A stretch of DNA of 62,435 nt, counting the filler, from Hausera hauseri (taxonomy: Eukaryota): the NCBI GenBank assembly GCA_046269625.1. It is 11 parts of 11 records of this genome, joined end to end, with 100 filler letters (N's around TTAATTAATTAA, not from the genome) between each part and the next. Parts side by side here need not be neighbours in the genome. Positions count along the whole stretch, not along the records: positions 14,170 to 19,909 come from JBJURY010196859.1; positions 20,010 to 23,958 come from JBJURY010864853.1; positions 24,059 to 30,675 come from JBJURY010081325.1; 8 more parts are not named here. One strand, given 5' to 3'. Numbering within the stretch: the stretch's first letter is position 1; each line of letters starts with the position of its first letter. Positions 14,898 through 28,112 of this stretch are shown piece by piece. The translations under genes and the position numbers were made by a program. Below the pieces are notes generated by a model. That model did not search any database and had not been told where the DNA came from. It saw only the letters and a list, made by a program, of their open reading frames with translations.

Positions 14898-17872
14898 AAG
14901 GGTGTCCCGTTTATGTATGAGAAAAAAATTTTTTGAGCTACACTATCGCAAGAGGTATCAAAATTTACGTAATTTTACACAGATTACGGAAAAGGGAAAA
15001 ACAAGAAATGCGTGTCATCTTGAGGGCTGTACCGCACTTTGAAATTTTGTAAATTTTAAGTTTTACAGACCTAAACTGTATGCCTAAAATAATACAAAAT
15101 TCAAGTTTAAAAGGTATTTCATTATTGAAATTAATGAAACAAAACACAAGAAAACAAAATAAACAAAATAGAGCTTTTATTTAATGACAAAAATTTAGAA
15201 TTTAAACATATTTTTGTGTCCAAAATTTGGCATTTCTGCTCAAGATTGAAACAGGTTCTAATGAAGCCATCTCTAAAAATAGTGTCAGGTACACTTTGTG
15301 AAGTCTCTGTTACCAGTTTAGCACATCTTTCCATAGATTGTGTGTGACGAGGAAAGTTAACAATTTCCAAGTTCTTATTTCTGCAACGATTTGAAGGTCC
15401 TCATTAGAAATATGGCGCAGAATAGGCGATTTTGTAACCTGACACTCGTGCCACACAATAATTTCGGTGTAATCTCTAGCAGAGAAATTAATTTTTGGTA
15501 GTTTAAATATCCTGTGTTTAATGCTACTTTCAGCTTCTGTAGCATTTATTATTCTTGGAAATGACAGCTACCGAATGTGGTCTCTATCATCAAACAACAT
15601 ACTGACAAGTAGGTTTTCTAGGTGCGCAAAAAAGCATTTCTTTCAATAACAGAATCCACGACAGATCTCAGATTTTCGGGTAAAAATCGAGAGTACATAA
15701 TCATCTGAAGAATATGTTTGGCTCCGTCCTTAAACGACGTCTTTTGCTTGATTAGGAACCAAATCGGAGCGTATACCTTAACCACGTAGTTGACAACCAA
15801 TTGAAAATTTTCAGATGGATTAAGAGTACTTAGGTAAAGTCTGAGTATACGATTAGCAGAAATAAGCCATCTCGAGTGCGCCAGCTCAGAACTACAGGAA
15901 CTACTTGATACAGCTTGATATATTTCATAGAAATATTTTTGATTCGTACTTAGTTCATCGACGACATTTTTCGGCAACTAAGGCAAATTACCAGCCACCG
16001 CACAAAAAGACATCGTGGTTTTATTTTCGCCAACAGCTAATTGTTTTCCAATAGGTCCGGAATATTCACTAAGACACGAAGTGAAACCATCTAAGGTGAA
16101 GAATAAATGACGAAGGGGTAACTCATTGGCATGAAGCATACACACACCATGGTAACGGTCTATCCAAATGTTCCTCTAAATATTGAATCACGCCACCCTT
16201 CCAACCGGTGTTAGTTGCAGTTCCGTCATATCCAACGCAAATCACGTCATCTAAATTCAAACCTTGACCCCCTAATAAAGTTGTGATCAAATTAAGAATT
16301 TCGTTTGAAGTGCCACGACTTGGCATTGTGTGTCCCAAACAAATTGATCCAGGTTCTGCTAAAATTGAGATGTGCTCTTCTAAAACTTCTTTGCTATGGT
16401 AACGACCCTATATTTTCTCATTTATCAGAGTCTTGTCTTTTCGCCCATCAAAGTAAATGATTTTTATAACAATACCTCCAATATCTTTTGAAGCTTCTGT
16501 CCGGACTTTAGATATAGCTCTGTGGATCTTGTTTATATCAATAACTAGAGTTACATCTTCGGTAGAAACCAAACCGACGTCAGCCGAAACCGCAGAAGCA
16601 AGAGCAGCAGAAGATCGCGTCGATAAAGCGTATCTATCACAGACCATAGTAACTGTTGGCAACGGTAATGTATTACGATTTGCTGTTGAAGTCGATGGTG
16701 TCTCTGACGAGGGCGTGTTTGTCGAGGATGCATCTGTTATCAGATACGCTTCCGGGGAAGATTGCGCACCGAAACTTCAAAACACTTTTCTGCGACAGAA
16801 TCGGTTTTATGAGTAAAACACGACTTTTTGTCTGCCCTTACTGACTCTTTAATTTTTCTCTGCTGTCGTTTCATTAACCTAACCGTCTCTTTCTTATCAA
16901 CATCGCTTATAACCATTTTCCTGTCATTTCTTTGATCCAACAAAAGACTTATCTTTCTTAGGTTTTAAACACGAACAAGATTCAAATGAAGTGCATTTAC
17001 AAGTAGCAACGTCGAAAAGCTTGTCAGATGACTCTAAAAAACACCAGTTTGTTTTCAAAACTATCATTTCATTTGCTTTTGGGATATCTTTTTCAAATTG
17101 AGGTACTTTTTGAAATAGGATTTCAGTAATTGAATAACTCGTTCCTTAGTTACGATTGAAATCGAAGCTTTTATACAAATATTGTTGATTTCTTCAGAAA
17201 CAATCGCAAATATCTAAATTGGAAGGACCCTTTCCATCATACTTCAATTTCAGGTTGTTTTTGACAAATAAAATACATTAATGACGTCCCTTATAGTTGG
17301 TAGCTGCCGATCGTCAAATTCGTTGTATGATCCCAATATAGCGCAAGTAGTCTTACTACGCCTCGAACTCATTATTTAAAAATCAAAAAATCCTCTTTTA
17401 GCACTGTTGTTGTAATTAAAATTTAAAACAGCCTTCTTCAGCCTTTCCATTTTAAATTAAAAATAACGGAGGAGCAGTCTTGAACTGTTATTCTTTCCTA
17501 AAATGCGAAATAAAGAAAATAGAACGCTGTTAAACCAATCCAGTTAAAAAATAAACGTCTACTCGTCTTTTTCATGAAATCAAAGCAGACCTGAAACATG
17601 CACATAAGCGCAAGTTTCCGTAAAAGAAGACAGTATGTATTACACCTAAAAAGAACAAAAAGCAAATATGTTATATTTAGTTCAGGAGCCGAAATTAAGC
17701 ATAGCGAAATATCACCATAAAAATGACAATTTTTCAAAACTTTCTAGATCGGTAGAACCCTAAAAATATAGTTCTATTTTAATTTTAAAATTATTTTGGT
17801 AATATACGATCAATTACGCAAATCTTAAGGTCTTGAATTAAGGTAAACCAAAAAAAATTTCGGGACACCCAA
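14898..17872 (-). mobile_element. hATm-like DNA transposon with short TIRs
   Basis: GGGTGTCCCG at 14900-14909 and its reverse complement CGGGACACCC at 17861-17870 flank the transposase; no 8-bp TSD found. Confidence 0.75.
15195..17372 (-). pseudogene. hATm-like DDE transposase pseudogene
   Basis: QLPTIRDV, YFDGRKDKT, EEHISILAEPGS, GYDGTATNTGWKGGVI, LHANELPLRHLF, LAHSRWL..ANRILRLY, FPRHTQSMERC; frameshifts and stops. Confidence 0.85.
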
Positions 17873-18189
17873 CAAATTGACGCCTGCGGAAAAAAACGAA
17901 ATTTAATATTTACCATTTGTTCGAATAAATGCAGTAGCTAAAATTGATGATGTTGTAATTTGTTATACTGTCATATTTAATTACTACTTGACTGTGTCGT
18001 ACTTTTATTATATTTTTGTGGTTATTTAACGTATTTTAAAATCTAGTTATTTGTATTTATTATAGACAGACCAAGTAATTAATATAACAAACATGATTAA
18101 ACATTAATTCCAATTGTGCAAGTCCATATAAGTAGTATAAAATTGCTTGTTCTGGCACAGACGCCCTCCCCCCATAAATAACGTAACTT

Positions 18190-19500
18190 TCTGTCTGAAA
18201 TTGCGCGACTTCCGGTGAAATTTGCGCAAATTTACGCAATTTTCACCGGAAGTTGGGCAATTTCTGAGCAGGAAATAACGCAAAAATGCGCAGCAGCCAT
18301 GTCCTCATGTGTTCTGAATTGAAAAATTGTGAAAATCCCGTAAAGACATCGAGAAATTGACCTGAAAGAAAAGGTGGTTTTGGGGGAATTGCGTCGGACT
18401 GAAGAAATATATCGCAATTTTCTCATCACGGTTGACCTAGGCACATCAGCGCGGTTCGAATGATATAAGGATTGTAGGGAAAACCTTTCTGAATAACCCG
18501 TAAAAGGGTATGCCGATTCTGTCACAGTTCCGGTTTTTCGGTGAAAATGGTCGGAAATTCAACATCTCAGCCCGTAGGAGTCGTACGGAATTCGCTTTGG
18601 TGTCATTCGATTCGTCTCAATGAGACGAGGATGATGAAGCGCAGACCCACGTCATTGGTTTGTACGGGCCGGAGTTATGAGCAGAAAACTGAGCTAAAAA
18701 AGTTTGAAATGAGCACTGCTCAAAATTCTCACACCACACAGGGCTTTCATCGATTTCATCGTGTAGTATTCGGTTAGATCTATTGACTGGTATGTGAATG
18801 GATTCAGCCCGCTGAGTAGTTTGAGTACAAATCAATTGTGCGCTAGAGCGATTTAAAGTTTAAAAAACGGGAAAATGACCATAACTTCGGAACGCTAATG
18901 GATAGTGAAATGGTTTGCATATCGTCGGAATGATGATTGGGAGACGAATCGAACGGTGCAATGATTTAGGTCGTCCGACTCATTACGATTAAGCAGTGAG
19001 CATTTGAGCATTATTGAGGTTTTTTGGGAATTGAGTCTGAACGAAAACCCATATTGTCGGTTTCTCTGCACAGTTGGCCTAGTTATGGCAGTGTGATTCG
19101 AATAATACATAACATATTCGGACAACCCTTCTGGCGGCCCGACAAAGGGTATGCCGGTTCTGTCACAGATGGGGATTTTCGGCCAAATTTCCAATAATGT
19201 ACTGTAGCTCAGCCGACAACAGACCGATTGAGTCCGTTCGGATATCGTTTAACACGCACATTGTGCTGCATCGCATGGGACGCAGGTGGACTGTATCGGT
19301 CGGAGTTATTAGCAGAAGGCGAAGCAACAAGGGTTTTAGGGGCTCGGGAAATGACCTATAGCTCAGTATCTGTAGTCGATTTGGGTAACGTTCGATTCAA
19401 AATTAACGTAATTGGATAGCACCGGACGGAGTTATAAGCGGGGAACCACATATACAAGAAGGTTGAAATACTAAGCCTGGCACATGATGTGTCGTGCTCA
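18190..19500. mobile_element. Non-coding, internally repetitive non-autonomous element (family unassigned)
   Basis: GC/CpG elevated over flanks; 46-bp near-palindrome at 18208-18253; direct repeat AAGGGTATGCCG.TTCTGTCACAG at ~18504 and ~19145; recurrent CGGAGTTAT and TTCGATTCGTCTC in both orientations. Confidence 0.5.
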
Positions 19501-20009
19501 GCATGTGTGTATGTATGAAAAGACGTGAGTACATTTTAGTCCTTGTTTTAAATAATTGCGAAATCATATACAAGGTCATTGACTAGTATATAAATGAAAG
19601 GGAAAGAAAAAAAGCATTGTTTGTTCTGTGGAGAAAATGTCTGCGATTGATTTAAAACTTGCAATTAAAGAAATTGAAATTTTTGTTGTTATTTTTTTGT
19701 TTTTTTCAATAGATGATGCAGGAGCAAATTAAAATTCTGTGGAATAAGCTACATACACCATTTAACAAGAAAAATGGTTTAGCATCCGAATTACTCGCAC
19801 AGCGATGTATGGAAAAATTAAAGTTTATGGAGCCTTATTTAGATGGATTGCAAATGAAACGAATATTTCAACATAATCAAATTCTGATTGAAATTGTTAA
19901 TCAATTCCANNNNNNNNNNNNNNNNNNNNNNNNNNNNNNNNNNNNNNNNNNNNTTAATTAATTAANNNNNNNNNNNNNNNNNNNNNNNNNNNNNNNNNNN
20001 NNNNNNNNN

Positions 20010-23000
20010 TGCGCTTTAAAATTTCGACAGAAAATATTTTTGTTCAACCGCAAGTGTGCCTACTGACCGCGACAGCAAATCCGCGACCAAATTCTCAGTA
20101 CCCGAAATATACTTTATGACAAACCTAAATGTAGATAAGTACGATATCTGTCGTTTCTGCCTCAGTGATGGCTGTTTTAGTGACACGATATGTTGCAGGG
20201 GTTTGTGGTAGGTTTAGAGAAGATGCTTGAAATGTTTTACTACCAGAACTATGGCAACAACGATCAGATGTTGAATATAGGCTTTCTGGTTGTGTGAGTT
20301 TCCAAGATTAAAATTCTAAAGGTTCATCGATGCCATTAGAAATCTGGTGTAGTATTGCACCAGTAGCTGTGGTAGAGGCATCGATGGTAAGTATCACCTC
20401 CGCGTCGGGTTTTGTATAAGCCAGTATTTCGACGGTTTTTAGGCCTTCGCGTAAGTGATCGAATTTAATGACTAAATAGGGAGTGCATTAGATTAACTGC
20501 CTTTTCTTTCCGGATGAGAGATGTGCGAAAGGTGCTGCATGCTCAGAGCAATACGGTACGTATTTATGGACAAAATGTAGTGTGCCTAGAAAATTCCTCA
20601 TATCTGTAATGATCGTTGGTAGTGTTACATTTTTCAGTTGCTGTAGTCGATCAGGTTGTGGAGAGTGGCCGTGAAAAGTAATGATGTGGCCTAAGAAATT
20701 GAAACGTTTCTGAAAGAAGTTGCACTTGGAGAAGTTAACATGTAAGTTGCTATGATGTAGTCTGTGAAAAATAATTCGGAGATGTTCATGGTGTTGTTTA
20801 ACGGAGTTGGAGTCAACTAATACGTCATCTATGTGTGGATGAGCAAAGTCAAGGCTTGCGAGAACGGTGTCGATGTGGCGTTGAAAGGATTGGGCTGCGT
20901 TACGTAAACCGAATGGCATAAAGATGTATTCGTAAAGGTAAAACGGAGTGATGACAGCAGTCTTTGAAATGTCATCGGGTGCGACGGGAATTTGATGGTA
21001 GGCTTTGTGCAGATCTACTGTGGAATAAGTATTGGTGTTGTTAAGACTGTGCTGGATATCCTTTATCAGCGGTAATGGGTAAGCATCCGTGATGGTTAGA
21101 TTGTTTATTTGACGGTAGTCGCTACGTGGTCGGAAAGTACCGTCTTTTTTGTTACTACATGTAATGGTGAAGCCCATGGTGATTTTGACCTCCAGATGAT
21201 ACCAGATTTTTCGAGTTCGTTAAACTCTACTTCCACGGCTTTTCGTCTACGAAAAGGTAATGGTCTCACCTTTTGTCTGATAGGTATTTGGTGTTGGGTG
21301 ACTATGTGGTGGTAAGTTGTTGATTGGGGCATAAAACTAGAGTCCTTTTTGAGTATGTGAGAACAAGAAGAAATGATATAGAATTTGAGATTGGAATCTA
21401 GTGATCAAAATGATTGAGGCATAACATCAGAGGAGGTGATGGTTGTGATTGGCGAAGAACGACCGACATTGCCACCATGAACATTCGGTTTAACTGATCG
21501 CTTTAAAATCGACTTCGATATTTGCGACGTAATTTAAAAAATAGATAAAATACTAAATGTATCGTTATCAACCGACGGACAATTTGCCAAATTCACATGT
21601 CATTTCGCAGACGAAATACCTGTTGAGCTATCTGGAAGACAATTGTTAAAGTTCACGACGGCGTTTCTACGTAGCAAAGAGCCATATTTGAAGTCAATTG
21701 GCAGATCGTATGCGGCCAAAAAATCTGAGCCGATTATGGGCGCTTTAATATTGGCCACGTGGAATTTTCAGACAAACTTGCCTGGTAAGTTTGAAAATGT
21801 AAAAACCAGTTCCATCGTACCTGCGATTCGCAAAGGTTGACCGCTGGCAGTGAAAAGCGGAGAAGACACTGTAGTGGATGTATGGATGAAGGACAAAGGG
21901 AAGAATGAAAAGGTAGCTCCTGAATCGACAATAAAATCGATATTTGGAGCATTGCTAGCGAACAGTGTAGCTTTTAGCAGAAAAACTGCGGAGGCGGTGT
22001 TAAAACGGCTACAAGACTGAGCGGTATTGCCTATGCCAGAATGTGCCGTCACATCTGGCGGCGTTTTTAGTCTTTTGAAGATTGTGGAGGAAGAAAAGAT
22101 GAATGATAATGAGAAGAAAGGGAAGAAAAAGATGAAGGGAAACTGAAGTTGTTTTTGTAATGTTTACATCTCGGAACACGCGATCTGGCTAGAGAGTAAA
22201 AGTTTATGTGATAAAAGCCTATAGAACTCTCCAGCATAAAACTCTTGTCATAAAATTTACAGCCCAAGAGACATTTCTCTGCATTTCAGCGAATTTTATT
22301 GAGATGAAAACAAATCATTCGTCCACCCAGAGATTTGTAACGAAATGAGTGCCTGGAGAGGCTACGCTCACGCGATGCACGGGTCTCACCTCGCCGAGAC
22401 ATAGACAGATTACTTAGTTTGGCAGTGATGGTTGAAATTCAATGTTGTAGAGTATCGTATTGTTTCTGCATTAATTTTAGTTGCTGTGCGAAAACAATCG
22501 TGTCTATGTGGGATGAAGTATGCGTGGTTGCTGCAGCTACGGGTTGTGAGTTGTTAGTTTGTAAAATTTCGAAACTTTTATCAGCCAATAGAGCAAGTTT
22601 TTTAATCGTCGTCGAGTTGTCAACGACAGTAAGGAGAGCTCTGATGGAAGTGGGTAAAGAGGAGAAGAAATAACGACGACGAAAATCTGCATTGTTAGTG
22701 GGGGTAACGCCAAGAGCACTAAGGTGCGAAATAGAGGTCTGCAGAAAGTCAGAAGGCTTTGATTGCCTATAGCATGTTCGTTAAACGACATCTGTATTAT
22801 ATTATCAAACGATGGATCGGTAATATGAAGAACAAACTCATAAAGCATGCCGCATGGTGTTGAAGAAGTAAGGATATCAGCAAGCTTATTGATTTGATGC
22901 TTGGTATTTGCTGGGAGAAAAAGTAACAAGCTGTTGGTGCGCAGGAAAGAATCGGTAATATGATTAGCTTTAAGCCCTTGTAAATGAAATTGTAGACAAG

Positions 23001-23420
23001 TGCAGCTTGAATTAGTTTTATCGAGAAAGAACTCTGTGCAAGGAAGGTTAGGAGAAGCAGATTGTGAAAAGTCAGCAGGGCGACGATCATATCTGGTTGT
23101 GGTGGAATTTTCAGCAGAAGAATCAGGGTCCGAACCACCCTGGATGTAAAAGTGAAGGGTGACATGAATGATTGGAGAAGCGATGGAAGAAAAGTGAATC
23201 AGGCGGGCGTAGGACCGAACCATGGTGCGACAAATAAAGGTCGGAAGTGTGTAGAGAAGAGGATAGAGACGTATAGAGGGTGTAATCAATGTCCGTGTTA
23301 CTAGTGTGTGGGGTAGAAATGTGTTATTTTTAAAAACAAAAAAGGAAAGTGGTTGAAGAGTGATGCCTGAGGCGTGTTGTGACGCATGGGTCACGGACAC
23401 ACCTAGGTTTCCAACCAAAA
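20010..23420 (-). mobile_element. Decayed Ty3/Gypsy element, CsRn1/Kabuki-type (UBL-gag, PR, RT, RNase H); 3' end cut by the scaffold edge
   Basis: [64 protein letters not shown]; gag CFHLNKF..AEKCLLGC. Confidence 0.92.
23134..23360 (-). pseudogene. Ubiquitin-like N-terminal domain of Gag (frameshifted)
   Basis: PLSFFVFKNN...(alternate frame) LSSSLHTSDLYLSHHGSVLRPPDSL...IIHVTLHFYIQGG|SD; GG codons 23134-23139. Confidence 0.65.
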
Positions 23421-24058
23421 TGATGTTCAGACCGCATAGCCGAGGGAGCAGTCGATAAAACAGATCTCTGATAATCAGTGTTTATCGCAGACTGGTCGGG
23501 TGCTCCGTATATATTAACAAGTTTAGAGAATCGTGGATGTTTAATTAACAATAAACAATAATTCGAATAACCATAGAAAGAATCCGTATAAAAGGCATCA
23601 TCCTCAATAAAAGGGATGTTGTCACAACTACTGCCAATTCGCAAACGACTTTCCGCTTTAAACGGTGCCACTGAATTTGTATAGAGATCGTCATTATCAA
23701 TAATCAAAAAGTATCTTGTTGAATTTTCTCCAATTCCGAATCCGTCTTTTTTAACAAATCACAAACTGCTTCCAAAACCGGTGATCGTTTCATTCCGGAT
23801 TGTGGCGGTATAGGTAACGAAAAATAAGTATTCGGTCGTGAATGCGTCGGTACTGGTGAAGATGATGTTTTTCGAAATACAGAATTTGGTAACGTGTTAC
23901 AGTAGTCATCGGCAACCAAACTGGTTTCATCTTCGGAAAGTGTTTGTTTCTTGTTGGANNNNNNNNNNNNNNNNNNNNNNNNNNNNNNNNNNNNNNNNNN
24001 NNTTAATTAATTAANNNNNNNNNNNNNNNNNNNNNNNNNNNNNNNNNNNNNNNNNNNN

Positions 24059-27000
24059 AGCGCATTGACGGCCATATTACTTGTCGATGAAGTAGGCAAA
24101 ATGCGGCTTTAGTACCAGGATGGTGTAGTAAATGCACATGGTGAAATGCTTGTCTTTGCAATGATGGTGCTAAGATTATTAAGGAATGACCTGATTTGAA
24201 AGTGTCTAAAGCCACGCCGTCAACGATTGTGCAAGATTTAAAAGACTTAAGCATGTCTGGAGGTAGCTGGTTCTGTTGAAGTTGTTTTTGCGTAAAAATC
24301 GGAGAAAAACTAATCAACCTAACCGACCTAGATAAAAAATCAGCAACTAAATTGTTAACGCCGTTAATGTTTAATATCGAAGCTAAATGTCGATAAGTAT
24401 GATATTTGTCATTCTTAGTGTGTGGAAGGGTGTTTCATGGCCATTATGTTAAGTAAGGGTTTGTGATCAGTTTGCAGAGTGAAACGACGAGCGACAAGTA
24501 GATGTGAGAAATGCTTTAAAGCGAGAACAATTGCTAATAGTTCTGGATCAAACGTGGAATATCGAGTTTCAGGTGCTGTTAGCTTGCGGAAGAAAAATTC
24601 TAATGGTTGGTTTTCTCCCTTGTAGATCTGATGAAGTACAGCGCCTACAGCAGTGGTTAACGCACCTGTGGTGAGGATGAGCTCTGCATCAGGCTTGGGA
24701 AAGGCAAGAATATCAACGGTTTTGATGCATTCGAGTAGCTTGTCAAATTTGTCAACCAATTCAGGTGTTTACTGGATTGGTTGATGTTATTGCCGCCACT
24801 TAGGTGTGTGAATGGTGCCGCCAATTCTGAGCATTATGGGACGTATTTATGTACGAAGTGTAGTGTGCCAAGGAAGCTACGCATTTCGGTGGTCGTATGT
24901 GGCAATTGGATGTTTTTAAGAGCTTTGACTCGGTCTGATTGGGGAGAATGGCCGTCTGGGGTAATAAAGTTACCTAAAAAGTTAATGCGCTTTTTGAAAA
25001 AGTGGCATTTGTCGAAATTGATTTGGAGGTTGTGGTGGTTGAGACGTTGGAATATTGCACGAAGATATTGCTCATGTTGTTTGTCCGAAGATAAAACGAC
25101 TAGAATATTGTCGATATAAGGGTGTGCAAACGGGAAATCTGCAAGAATTGAATCGATTTGGCACTGAAAAGTTTGTTCGGCATTCCGCAAACCGAATGGC
25201 ATGAATAGATATTCATAAAGGCTAAAAGGAGTAGTTACTGCGGTTTTTTCTGTCTTCAGGTGCTACCGGTATTTGATGGTAGGCTTTAACTAAATCAATG
25301 GTCGAATAGATGGTGGTTGAATTAAGGCGATGCAAGATATCCTTGATTAGTGGTAAAGGGTATGCTTCCATGATAGTCAAGTTGTTAAGCTGTCGGTAGT
25401 CACCGTATGGTCTGAAAGTACCATCCTTTTTTGTACAACGTGTAACGGTAACGACCAAGGAGATTTGGAACAGTGTACTATTCCGGAATGTTCTAGCTCG
25501 AGAAATTCGGTTTTTACGGCCTGTCTACGGCGAGGTGACAGAGGCCGTACCTTTTGGCGTATTTGACGTTGATGCTGTGTGACTATGTGGTGTAAAGTGC
25601 TGTTGGCGGGAGTAAAAGTACGATTTTTTTTAAGTACGCGTGGACTTGATTTGTTGATGAATTGCTGTAACGTTGTAGGTAGCTGTGAGAGATTTGGTAA
25701 AAGTGGTGGAACGGTTTGAGTGGTAGCGGATGCGATGTGAGTTTTTAGGTGATGTGCAGTCAAGTGGTATTTGGTGTAAGATGGTTGAATTGAAGATGGT
25801 ATTGGCTGAGGTATTTTCGTCGAATGAGTTAGCGTTGGTGGAAGTACCGCAATTATCGACATTGAACTTTGATCGAATGTCAGTATTATTATTTCAAAAT
25901 TTACGAAAAGAATTATTATGAAAATTCGAATTATTGTTATAACAAATCGAATTATTCGCAGACTTTTTTAAGATTGGCTTCCGCACTCCGGTCGACTGCG
26001 CGTTAGTCGAAATGCTATTTACATGTCCAGAAATGTCGCCAGTGGTGCCGTTCCTCAAATATCGCTGGCTGCAGTCAACCAGTAGGTTATAGTGTGAGAG
26101 AAAGTCAGATCCAAGGATTGCCGACTGGACTTTAGCGACTGTGAACGTCCAGCGGAAAGGCGCAGAGAAACCAGGCAAAGTGAAAGATAATGTAGTTTTG
26201 CCCGAGATGCGCAGCGGTTGGCCTGAAGCAGTGTATAAGGGCTTAAGTTTGAATGGAGAGTTTTGAACTGGAAATGTTTGCGGTAGTAAAGAAATCGCTG
26301 CACCTGTATCGATGAGAAAGTCAACAGATTGAGTTGTAGAAGCAGTGATTGCGGCCTTTAAGGTGAAAATGGAGAAAGAGACATGTCGGCGTTCAGAATA
26401 TAAAGTAGTGCCGTTGCCAGAGTTTGCCGTGACTTCTGGCGGCGAACTTAGTTTTTTTTGAAAAGGTGAATTAGGATGACTATTAGAAGGAAAGGAAGTA
26501 CGTCCGTCATTCGTATGGGATTTGGAAGTGCAGCCTGGAATACATCTACGAGCTTGATTTTTGAAGCTTGAGTGGTAGATGCAGACAACGGTGTCCGAGG
26601 AAAATTTCTGGTTATAAAACTTGCATCCTAGGCAGCACTTCTGGGCATTGGTGTTAAATCTGCTGTGGTAATAGCAGATCGACTCACGCGCAGGCGATGG
26701 TGAGCGGTTTCTTGACGTGGAAAGGGAGCGGTCGGCGGCAAAACCCCTTCGTCGGGAGAGACAATTCGTTCAGTTTGTTATTGATGTTATTGATTGTTGC
26801 ATACAGTGCAATGTTTTCAGCACGTAGCTGACTAAGTTGTTGTTCTATAGATGTGTTATCATTTGTGGTAACTGCTGCTGAAACTACTGGTGGAGAATTC
26901 ATGTGTAGGACATCATATGTCCTATCGGCTAATTCGGCCAATTTTTCAAGCGGCGTGGAGACTCCCACCACAACAGTTGGGGGCGAATTCATGCCACCAC

Positions 27001-27330
27001 GAATGCGGAGATGTGTGTTGAAGCAAGCGTAATTTGAAAAAGGTAAAGTTTCGTTGAGATGTATAATAGTGCCGTGATGACTGAGGTAAAAGTCAGAAGA
27101 ACCAAGTAAGGAAGAAATGCAAGTCTGAAGGGTGGGAATGTGTGGATGTGTTGTGTGGGGGTATAAATGTTTATTGTTAAAAAAGAAAAAAATGGAAGTG
27201 GGAGCAGTTGTGCGCCTGGGGGCATGATGTGGGGCCAGCGCCGAAGGTGCCGTCCGATCGACCGGCGTAGGGTTGGCGGTCGGACCCTCCGCCTCGGCGG
27301 GGCGGGCAGCAAAATGCGGCTTGCCCCCAT
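24059..27330 (-). mobile_element. Decayed Ty3/Gypsy element, CsRn1/Kabuki-type; internal gag deletion; extends to the start of integrase
   Basis: Two CHCC fingers (CYYHSRFNTNAQKCCLGC, CIYHSSFKNQARRCIPGC), PR FLIDTGAAIS, RT, RNase H (LQTDHKPL), IN start HHPGTKA..WPSMR. Confidence 0.93.
26993..27228 (-). pseudogene. Ubiquitin-like N-terminal domain of Gag
   Basis: IPTLQTCISSLLGSSDFYLSHHGTIIHLNETLPFSNYACFNTHLRIRGG|MNSPP; LRIRGG at 27010-26993. Confidence 0.75.
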
Positions 27331-27504
27331 TCCCCCTCAAACCGCGCAATATCTGAGTGTCGTCATCGTTATTGAAACGGGCATCTTTTGCCGAACGTTT
27401 CAAAGCACATTTCACCGATCTGAATTGAGCTGCTAACATATTAGCGCCGTTTTTGTTCGTGCAAAATCCAGTGTTTCACAATTGCTGAATTTATCGTTAA
27501 AATG

Positions 27505-28112
27505 TTCGGCGCACAGGTAGACAGCACAGAAAAATAGTCGTTTCGGAACAGGTAATCACAAGAATAATGAGAACCAGAAACAAGAGGCCAAACATATAAT
27601 ACATGTATGTCGACCATATGTTGAGAATGTAAAATAACTGAATATACAACCAAATGATAAAACTCCTACCATAAGAATCCTGGGAACAGCACGCGTGTAA
27701 AGCGACTGGTATGGCATTTGTCGTGGAATCTGATTAGTTTTTACTGGTTGAGAAATTGGCGCCTTTTTGAATCCGATATATGCGCCGACAATGCACAATG
27801 GAAAGCTAATCAAAAAACAGCTAATAGACCAACAATTGCACCAAATTGTACTGCAGCTGAACTTTTACTGACCCATAAAACAATGTTCAGAATGAAAAAT
27901 ACGCCAAATACAGATTCGGTGCAAAGAAACGCAGTCAATATTACATTACTTTTCCACTTTTCACCGTTCATCATTTTACAAAGTCGCGATGACCAATAAC
28001 GGGCTGGTGCTTCAAATAAAACGTAGAAAACGATTCCACAAGTGGCAAACGCTCCTCGGTTTGCAGGGCTAAGGAATCTGAAACAACACACGAAATATGT
28101 CACTACTGTCAT
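27505..28112 (-). pseudogene. TM9SF2: Transmembrane 9 superfamily (TM9SF2/EMP70-like) internal fragment, fused in frame to PRMT3
   Basis: FLSPANRGA, GEKWKSNVILTAFLC, SSAAVQFG, PVKTNQIPRQMP, FGCIF, ITCSETTI; frameshifts; no introns. Confidence 0.88.

Noticed and set aside
14890-17880. 8-bp target-site duplication for the hATm-like element
   Set aside because: Flanks TTATGCAT and CAAATTGA do not match
27175-27186. U UUU UUA slippery site between the ATG frame and the UBL frame
   Set aside because: Present in only one copy; the 33624 copy is in frame without it, so a simple indel explains it
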